NCBI GenBank assembly: GCA_002340325.1
Contig: DDLV01000108.1
Coordinates: 19,281-83,280, forward strand
DNA length: 64,000 nt
Source of the DNA: Glaciecola sp. UBA2563
GTDB taxonomy: Bacteria > Pseudomonadota > Gammaproteobacteria > Enterobacterales > Alteromonadaceae
Direction of reading: 5' to 3'
Part shown: piece by piece, positions 57,014 through 64,000 of the stretch
Position numbering within the stretch: position 1 is the stretch's first letter
How the letters are laid out: every line of letters starts with the position of its first letter
Position numbers and translations under genes: made by a program
Notes under the pieces: generated by a model
The model's input: the letters and a program-made list of their open reading frames with translations, nothing else
Databases searched by the model: none
What the model was told of the DNA's origin: nothing

Positions 57014-58396
57014 ATGAAACTAAAAAGTAATGCAAGACGATCATTTTTGAAAACTTCAGGTAAAGCTTGTCTTGGAACTGCTGCACTATTGGGTACCACT
57101 CAGCTTGGAGCAATGGCGAGCCTTGGAGCAAGTAACAACAATGATTACAAGGCACTTGTGTGCATTTTGTTAGCTGGGGGCGCCGATTCGTTTAATATGC
57201 TAGTCCCTTCGGATTCCACATATTATGATCAATATCGAGCAACTCGAACGGACTTAGCGTTAAGCCAAACGAGCTTATTGCCACTGAATAATGGCACTAA
57301 TAATGGACGTACTTTAGGGCTTCATCCACAACTTACTGGTCTTCAGTCATTATTTAATGCAGGAAATCTTGCTTTTTTAAGTAATGTCGGGCCGTTAGTT
57401 GAACCTACGTCGACACAAGCCCTTGCGAATGGTTCTGCCAAGCTGCCTTTAGGGCTTTATTCCCATTCTGATCAAATCAGTCAATGGCAAACAGCGGTTC
57501 CTGATGCTAGAAGCAATACCGGTTGGGGCGGAAGAATGGCAGACATTCTTGCATCGCAAAACATGAATCAACGCATTTCGATGAGCATATCCGCATCAGG
57601 TTCGAATGAGTTTCAGGCAGGTAGAACAACCGATTCGTATACCATCATGCCGGGTGACTCACCGACCCCAACACTATATGCCAGACAGGAATACGGCGAT
57701 AATATCAGTAATGCCATCGATAGAATATATGCCAACACAGGTTACAACAATCTATTGCGTAGAAGTTTCGCGAAGCTTTTCAATGTTTCTATCAGTGCCA
57801 ATCAAGAATTTTCTGCGGCTTTGGCAAATGTTCAAACGCTTTCAACGCAATTTTCTGCCGACCCCTTCTCGCAACAGCTTCAAGTGGTCGCCAAAACGAT
57901 TGCGGCAAATCAAGCATTAGGTATGCGGCGTCAAACATTTTTTGTCACCTATGGTGGTTGGGATCATCATGATGAAGTGATAAATGCAATGAATACTATG
58001 CTTAAGCCTCTCAATGACGGTTTGGTAGCATTTCAAGGTGCGATGACTGAATTGGGCATGCAAGATAACGTCACTACTTTCACGACGTCGGACTTTGCAA
58101 GAACCTTGTCATCTAATGGAAGGGGTTCCGACCACGGTTGGGGCGGCAATGCAATAGTAATGGGTGGCTCAGTCAATGGCGGAAGCGTTTTTGGTACTTA
58201 CCCAAGTCTTGCGTTGGATAACCCTTTGGATACTGGCAGGGGAGTACTTATGCCGACGAAATCATTAGATGAGTACTTTACAGAATTGGCATTATGGTTT
58301 GGTGTGCTACCTTCCCAAATGAGCGATATTTTACCCAATGTAAATCGTTTTATTAATGTAAGTTCCGGTGAAAAGCCGATTGGTTTCATGAGATAA
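57014..58396 (+). CDS. DUF1501-family protein with a twin-arginine signal
   Basis: ARRSFLK Tat motif; LVCILLAGGADSFN, GLHP, SHSDQ, GWGGR, GGWDHHD and SDFARTL..NG.GSDHGWG. Confidence 0.92.
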   Translation: MKLKSNARRSFLKTSGKACLGTAALLGTTQLGAMASLGASNNNDYKALVCILLAGGADSFNMLVPSDSTYYDQYRATRTDLALSQTSLLPLNNGTNNGRTLGLHPQLTGLQSLFNAGNLAFLSNVGPLVEPTSTQALANGSAKLPLGLYSHSDQISQWQTAVPDARSNTGWGGRMADILASQNMNQRISMSISASGSNEFQAGRTTDSYTIMPGDSPTPTLYARQEYGDNISNAIDRIYANTGYNNLLRRSFAKLFNVSISANQEFSAALANVQTLSTQFSADPFSQQLQVVAKTIAANQALGMRRQTFFVTYGGWDHHDEVINAMNTMLKPLNDGLVAFQGAMTELGMQDNVTTFTTSDFARTLSSNGRGSDHGWGGNAIVMGGSVNGGSVFGTYPSLALDNPLDTGRGVLMPTKSLDEYFTELALWFGVLPSQMSDILPNVNRFINVSSGEKPIGFMR

Positions 58397-58413
58397 ATAG
58401 CTTAAATAAGATG

Positions 58414-58443
58414 GCGTATGTGCAGTTGTGACTGAACATACGC
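58414..58443 (+). terminator. Hairpin after the DUF1800-DUF1501 operon
   Basis: GCGTATGT-GCAG-ttgtga-CTGA-ACATACGC, followed by ATTATT. Confidence 0.6.
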
Positions 58444-58640
58444 ATTATTATGAGCTTTTCTTTTCAGATATTCGCATCAAGTTAAGTCATGACGATTTCA
58501 CTACATCACCTTATTGAGTACCTGGCGCCGTTTATGCCAGATTACCGCGCTCGAAGAGCGCTCTTTTAAATGCCTTGAATTTTGTCGCCCTCTGTTTATT
58601 AATCATGTGGGATAATGATTTCTGATGAAATATCAAATCT

Positions 58641-59140
58641 ATGAAAGTTGAGCTGTACAATAAGACCAATAACAAAACCGTTAAGCTAGGCACAAACCTA
58701 CCTCACGATATCTATCCTGCCAAGGCAATCATTGCACTGTATCAAGAATGCTGGGAAATAGAGTTAGAGTATCGTGAAATCAAATCCAGCATGTTAGATA
58801 ACGCGATTACTTTGCGCAGTAAAACCAAAGATCTCGTTTATCAAGAGCTTTATGGCATGTTGCTAGCCTATAATCGGGTGCGTTATGAAATCGCACTGAC
58901 CGCAAACGAAGTGGGCTGCAACCCACTCGTATCAGCTTCAGATCAGCTTTACGGATTGTGCTATATGACTACCATGGCATGGCCATCAGCAAAACATTGC
59001 ATAAATTGCCAGCGAGAATGAAAGACATTACACAGGTACTAAAAGACTTTATTCTACCCAAACCAGAAAGGCCCTCATATCCGAGAGCCCTAAAGATACA
59101 AACAACCCGCAAATACCCTTTAAAAAAGCCGGAGCACTTA
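58641..59140 (+). mobile_element. IS4-family transposase remnant (5'-truncated, frameshifted)
   Basis: LGTNL...YPA..IIALYQECWEIELEYREIK..ML.N..TLRSK...VYQELYGMLLAYN. A frameshift near 58925 joins to TRISFRSAL...PKPERPSYPRALK. The conserved R of the YREK motif is replaced by C. Confidence 0.85.
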
Positions 59141-59148
59141 CGATTTAT

Positions 59149-60981
59149 TTACTCAGCTGTTATTTGATAAATCTGCACACTGCCAGATTCTTCATTACCA
59201 ATAACCAAGAGCGCTTCTCCAGTTGGGCTGTCCATTGCACTGATGAAGCTCATGCCTTCTGGTGCTAAATCGCCAGTAATATCGGCGCCTTCAGCAACTC
59301 CTCGGTTAATGAAGTAGCTTACAAATTGCACGTTGTAGGGGTTAGTAATGTCGTATGCCATAACGCCGCCCATTCTCTCCAGTCCTACAAAAGCATACTG
59401 ACGACCATCAATCATGCCGAGTGCCAGCGCTTCTGGCTCAGGACCTTTCGCATCTGATCGCGTGTCGCCTTCGTTTTCGTCATTATTGTTATTGAATAAT
59501 GGACCAAAAATAGAGGCGGTAATGCGTTCAAAGTCGTCACCTGAATCGTAAACGACCAAACCATTTGTATCCCAGATAGTGAACGATCGTGCGCCATATG
59601 TATAGAGTTCATTGTAGGTGCCGCTGCCATCCGTTGAGCCATCTTCTGAACCTAAGAATGTAGTAACAAGTAGGCGACCGATATCATCATCGTCGTTATT
59701 GACGTAATCAAAGTTAGCGGCGAGCGTTAAATCTTCGACGCGGATTTCGTCAATAAACGCAAGGCATCCATCATCATCGTCAAAGTCCACACCACCTAAT
59801 GTGGTAAGGCATGTAGCTTCGTCTGGCGCATCAAAGAAGTACTCTCTCCCGTCGCCTTCATTCGCTGTGACAATAAAGTTTGCACCGTTCCAGGTGAAAC
59901 TGTCTATCGTATCAGGCTGATACATACCAAAAAGTCCTGGATAATTGGACAGATTTACACCGCCATCGCGATCTGATGCATCCAACAATAGATTGCTCCA
60001 ATCTTTGAAGCCAAGCCCAATGACACCTGCTAGTGTGTTTGTTGACAGGTCAACAATTGCCAACGCGTTGTTTTCCTGTATGGCCACAAATGCAAGGGAG
60101 TCATCTTCAGAAACGGCAACGTATTCTGGCTCTAAATCCTGTGCAACGGATGCCGTGTAGAGGTTACCATTAATTGTGCGCCCATCTGGGTTTGCGAACA
60201 CAGCGCCCTGAGCTTCAAGTTCGGCTTGGTCTAGCCCTCCAAACGTCAATTCGATGTCCATCATTGCCGGTACACCGTCGGTGAGTTCGATTATCGATAT
60301 GGAACCTTCAGGATCTACACTATAGTCGTCTGCTGGTTCGCCTTCATTCGCGACAATTGCTTTGGTTCCGTCATGCGTGAAAACAACGTTGTCGGGCAGG
60401 AAACCCACTTCAACATTACTTAAGAAGACTGGCGCTGCGCCGGAAACATCATAAAATGCAACGCTTCCTCTAACGCCTGTATCTGCTGCGACTGCAACGG
60501 CTAATACGTCATTATTATTATCAAAAGCAATGCTGTTGGCATCCCCTGTTAAACCACTTGTATCATTTACGTTGAGCGTAATCGCAGAATCTAAATTTGT
60601 GTTGTTTACGACACCTTCAGCATCGGCAGTTAGAGCAGAGGCATCGAGGTTATTGATATCCATTATCTCAACTACTACTGGATCACCTGAGCTGTTGACT
60701 GCGTATACCCAGCCTTTGCTTGCTTGATAGGCTACGATTTCAGCCGCTCCACTGGGGTCTGTTTCATTTAATACTGAACGTCCAATAAGTGTCGCGCTAA
60801 GTGTTGTTGGTGCGCTAGCGCCGTCAGTGCCAGCGGCACCGTCCGCTCCCGCAGGGCCTGCAGGACCCGCTGGTCCTACCGGTCCAGTTTCACCATCATC
60901 TCCCTCAAGAAAGCAACCAGATAAACTCAAGGTCAGAGCGCAAGTAATAGCGAGGGTTAACGTCTTTTTTTTTGATAACAT
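59149..60981 (-). CDS. Choice-of-anchor I family (beta-propeller, alkaline-phosphatase-associated) lipoprotein with a collagen-like linker
   Basis: Lipobox LSGC; GAAEIVAY, VGFLPDNV.FT.DG...VANEGEP, DLEPEYV, MYQPD, VTANEGD.RE, YGARSFTIW and RSDAKGPEPEAL. Confidence 0.85.
   Translation of the reverse strand: MLSKKKTLTLAITCALTLSLSGCFLEGDDGETGPVGPAGPAGPAGADGAAGTDGASAPTTLSATLIGRSVLNETDPSGAAEIVAYQASKGWVYAVNSSGDPVVVEIMDINNLDASALTADAEGVVNNTNLDSAITLNVNDTSGLTGDANSIAFDNNNDVLAVAVAADTGVRGSVAFYDVSGAAPVFLSNVEVGFLPDNVVFTHDGTKAIVANEGEPADDYSVDPEGSISIIELTDGVPAMMDIELTFGGLDQAELEAQGAVFANPDGRTINGNLYTASVAQDLEPEYVAVSEDDSLAFVAIQENNALAIVDLSTNTLAGVIGLGFKDWSNLLLDASDRDGGVNLSNYPGLFGMYQPDTIDSFTWNGANFIVTANEGDGREYFFDAPDEATCLTTLGGVDFDDDDGCLAFIDEIRVEDLTLAANFDYVNNDDDDIGRLLVTTFLGSEDGSTDGSGTYNELYTYGARSFTIWDTNGLVVYDSGDDFERITASIFGPLFNNNNDENEGDTRSDAKGPEPEALALGMIDGRQYAFVGLERMGGVMAYDITNPYNVQFVSYFINRGVAEGADITGDLAPEGMSFISAMDSPTGEALLVIGNEESGSVQIYQITAE
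60814..60903 (-). repeat. Collagen-like (Gly-X-Y)10 tract
   Basis: GDD GET GPV GPA GPA GPA GAD GAA GTD GAS, starting four residues after the lipobox Cys. Confidence 0.9.
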
Positions 60982-61153
60982 AGGTTATTCCTTTATTTTA
61001 AGGATGGGGCTAGTCCTCCCTTAATCATCAAAGACTGATAGGGGCATGTTGTTGATTTCGTTTTGAATTTATCCAACACGCCCTTGTTTAAGGAGGCTGT
61101 TTTAAACAAGAACATTGCACTGTTTCATTGCAATGGATCCAGAAAGCTTGCTG

Positions 61154-61198
61154 ACGTTAACACTGGATTGTGACAATTACGTATCGCATAGGTTACAT
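61154..61198 (-). promoter_or_regulatory. Pho-box-like promoter for the choice-of-anchor I gene
   Basis: Minus strand ATGTAAC-ctat-GCGATAC-gtaa-TTGTCAC-(10 nt)-TAACGT: 11-bp periodic half-sites with phoA-like spacing to the -10. Confidence 0.45.
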
Positions 61199-61409
61199 TT
61201 TGGTTACAAAGAAAACGTGCGCCGTAGAAGCATTAAAAACAAATAAAATCAATTTCTTAGCAAGGAGTTATTGCACTTTGTAATTGTCACTCTATATACC
61301 CGTGGCTGACTGTGCTTGTGGAACTTTATCGGTTAATTAGGAAACCCAAATATTTGCATTTATGAACCTTTCCGGTTTTGTATGCTTACATAATGACTAA
61401 AAAACTACT

Positions 61410-63461
61410 GTGCTAACAAAAACTCAATCATCTAAAAAAAAGGCAATCAGTATGCAGCTGTCTTACGCTAAAAACACAATAAGAATTTTTCAACTATTCG
61501 GACTTTTTATCTTGTCTTCAGGTTTATCTTTGCAAGCAAATGAAAGGGGGATGATCCCTACTGATTACTTTGAATTCGTCAATGTATTGTCTCCTGTTGT
61601 CTCGCCAAAAAGTGACGATATCCTGTTTGTCAAACAAACAGTTAATGAAAAAAAGGATGGTAGAGAACATCAATTATATCTACTTACAGAAGACGGAGAA
61701 TTACGCGCATTTACGCAAGGAAAAAATGACACCCGACCTCAGTGGTCGCCTGATGGGGCCAGTATTAGTTTCATAAGAAAAGTTAACGATAAGCCGCAAA
61801 TATTCCTGATGCCAAAGGATGGCGGCGAAGCCTTTCAATTGACCAAGCTAGAGCAAGCTATCGTTGATTACAAATGGTTCCCGGATGGCGAAAAGTTGCT
61901 TCTCACCCTAAATGTAACACCTGAAAATGCCGACTCGGATGAGAACAAAGATACAAAAAGAGAATCACCAAATATAACCGTCATAACGAAAGCTAAATAT
62001 CTCCAAGATGGAATAGGATATTTAACGGCGTCCAGACACCATTTGTTTATGTACGATATAGAAAGCGGTGAGCTTACTCAATTAACTGAAAGCGACAAAT
62101 GGAATGCAAAAGCAGGTCAAGTTTCTTCAGATGGAAATACTGTTTTTTATCACGCTAACAAAACAGGAGAAGAATACGAAGGAAATGAGAACAGTGATGT
62201 TTTCAAATTAGACCTTAACAAGTCTACCACTATCAAATTGACAGGCGGTATCAATGCGCAATGGAACCCTGTTATTTCACCGGCGGATCAAGGTTTGGTA
62301 TACCTTCATAAGGATGACACATATGAGCAAACCGAACTTTACTGGCGTAATCCGGTGGGAGAGAACGTTAACCTAACAGAGGATTTTGATAGAAATATAA
62401 ATTCTCCTTTGTGGTTAGGCACGCGTAAACAACTGCTTTTTCTTGCGAACGATCATGGGGCAAATCGTCTATTTCGACTGGATATTGCGACAAAAAACGT
62501 CAAAAGCCTCCTCACCAATACCGAGACGGTGCGTAACTTAACGATCGCGCCAAATGGCGCGTTCGCCGTTTTCAGTCTTGAAAACTCAATTAGTTTACCA
62601 GAATTATACCGCTTGGACGTTGATACAGGTGAGTTGGCCAAGCTTACCCGTTTTAACGAAACGTTACTTAGCGATATGAAATTGTCTAAAGCTGAGGATG
62701 TTTGGTTTAAAAATGACCAAGGTATGGACATACAGGGATTTTTGCACAAACCGATTCAATTTGAAGCAAATGGCAAATATCCACTTATTCTCAATATAAA
62801 AGGTGGACCTGGCGGCATGTGGGGACATCAATGGTTTCATGAGAATCAAATGTTTGCTGCAAAGGGATATGCAGTCGCATATGTTAATTACAGAGGAAGC
62901 AGTGGTTATGGTATTAAACACGGTCAAGCGGTTCGCCTAGATTATGGCGGTGCTGATTACAAGGACAATATGCAATTTTTAGAGCATGTACTCGCCAATA
63001 ACGATTGGATAGACGAAAACAAACTTTACATTACAGGCGGCAGTCATGGCGGCTTTTTGACAAACTGGATAACAACAAAAACCAATAGGTTCAAGGCGGC
63101 AGTAACACAGAGAAGCATAAGTTCATGGATTTCAGAAGCAGGCACTCAACAAATCACGCCCCGTCAAATGACGAAAGAGTTTGGCGGCAATCTGTGGGAT
63201 AACTTTGATTATTATTGGGGGCGTTCACCCCTTAAATATGCTGATGATGTCAAAACACCTACCTTAATTATTCATAGTGATAACGACATGATTACACCAA
63301 TAGGGCAGGGGCAAGAGTGGTTTTATGCGTTAAAAGCTAATGACGTAGACACAGAAATGGTGGTTTTTCACGATGAAACGCATTCCCTATCAAGAACGGG
63401 TAAACCTACAAATCTTGTGGAAAGAATCGAGCGAATTTTGAGTTGGTTTCAAAAGTACTAG
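61410..63461 (+). CDS. S9-family serine peptidase (acylaminoacyl/dipeptidyl peptidase) with a beta-propeller
   Basis: PQWSPDG propeller repeats; NYRGSSGYG, GGSHGG nucleophile, HSDNDMITP and ETHSLSR; the true start may be the ATG at 61452. Confidence 0.93.
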   Translation: MLTKTQSSKKKAISMQLSYAKNTIRIFQLFGLFILSSGLSLQANERGMIPTDYFEFVNVLSPVVSPKSDDILFVKQTVNEKKDGREHQLYLLTEDGELRAFTQGKNDTRPQWSPDGASISFIRKVNDKPQIFLMPKDGGEAFQLTKLEQAIVDYKWFPDGEKLLLTLNVTPENADSDENKDTKRESPNITVITKAKYLQDGIGYLTASRHHLFMYDIESGELTQLTESDKWNAKAGQVSSDGNTVFYHANKTGEEYEGNENSDVFKLDLNKSTTIKLTGGINAQWNPVISPADQGLVYLHKDDTYEQTELYWRNPVGENVNLTEDFDRNINSPLWLGTRKQLLFLANDHGANRLFRLDIATKNVKSLLTNTETVRNLTIAPNGAFAVFSLENSISLPELYRLDVDTGELAKLTRFNETLLSDMKLSKAEDVWFKNDQGMDIQGFLHKPIQFEANGKYPLILNIKGGPGGMWGHQWFHENQMFAAKGYAVAYVNYRGSSGYGIKHGQAVRLDYGGADYKDNMQFLEHVLANNDWIDENKLYITGGSHGGFLTNWITTKTNRFKAAVTQRSISSWISEAGTQQITPRQMTKEFGGNLWDNFDYYWGRSPLKYADDVKTPTLIIHSDNDMITPIGQGQEWFYALKANDVDTEMVVFHDETHSLSRTGKPTNLVERIERILSWFQKY

Positions 63462-63659
63462 GGACTAGTAAATCAACGCCTCTAGTATAGATTTGTATAT
63501 TTTCAATAATGCAAAGGTGGCATTGTTTAATGGAGTCACCCATTCGTTGATCTACATTAACTTTTGATAAAATACCTGCGGTTTTAGGTATCGCTCCATT
63601 TGTCATTGCGCGTGGATTGTCTATAAAAAATATGTTGTTATCTATTCAGAGCCTTTAAT

Positions 63660-64000
63660 ATGATCCAACTTGCTTACACAAGCACCGCTGTAGAACCAAT
63701 GTCAAAACTTGAACTGCTTAAATTGCTTCAACAGGCGAGAGAGTTTAATCTAAAAAATGAGATCACAGGGATCTTAATGTATAAAGAGCAGTCATTTTTC
63801 CAAGTCATTGAAGGGGAGAAAGACGTCGTCAATAACCTTTTACTCTCAATACTCGATGATCCTCGACATTATGATTTAGGCGTCATTTATAACCGAGAAA
63901 TCTCTATTAGAGATTTCAGTACATGGAGTATGGGGTTTGTAAATTTAGAGTCCAATGATTACGATTTAGATGGTTGGGAAAACAGAGGATTTGAATTCCC
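63660..64000 (+). CDS. BLUF blue-light sensor domain protein (3' end runs off the window)
   Basis: Not in the ORF track; translated by hand: MIQLAYTS...LLQQAREFNLKNEITGILMY...FFQVIEG...ILDDPRH...RDFSTWSMGF, with the BLUF Tyr, Asn, Gln, Asp-x-Arg-His, Trp and Met all present. Confidence 0.92.
   Translation, partial: MIQLAYTSTAVEPMSKLELLKLLQQAREFNLKNEITGILMYKEQSFFQVIEGEKDVVNNLLLSILDDPRHYDLGVIYNREISIRDFSTWSMGFVNLESNDYDLDGWENRGFEF

Noticed and set aside
1-64000. tRNA, rRNA and CRISPR arrays
   Set aside because: GGTTCGA-like T-loop strings occur only inside coding genes (hemE, DUF1501); no repeat-spacer array or rRNA-like segment was seen by eye.

Overview
Chromosomal window of about 41-42% GC (estimated by eye) from a marine gammaproteobacterium, most likely Alteromonadaceae, inferred from gene content and protein sequences. 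Positions 1-19.7 kb are mostly core genome: two tandem OmpA/TSP3 paralogs, zur, nudC-hemE, queG, the nnr-tsaE-amiB-mutL-miaA-hfq-hflXKC superoperon, an AbgT transporter and hemH. The rest is accessory. It includes class III cyclase and degenerate GGDEF signalling genes, and the four-gene ligase-associated DNA repair module (ATP-dependent ligase, MBL exonuclease, Lhr helicase, PdeM) split by a PAS chemoreceptor. It also includes folM/folE, fasciclin, a catalase-like peroxidase, GH13, an OlsF-like acyltransferase, dbpA and an ABC exporter, plus MITE-like elements and an IS4 remnant. The best candidate for an undescribed system is an ECF sigma-FecR-TonB-dependent transducer cascade. It is followed by a DUF1800 lipoprotein with an 86-aa, 60% acidic linker and a Tat-exported DUF1501. 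fecR and DUF1800 share an identically spaced upstream motif, TTnCTCA-N15-CGTC, suggesting that the cascade controls the DUF pair. No tRNA, rRNA or CRISPR array was seen. All family assignments come from motif recognition by eye, not database searches.
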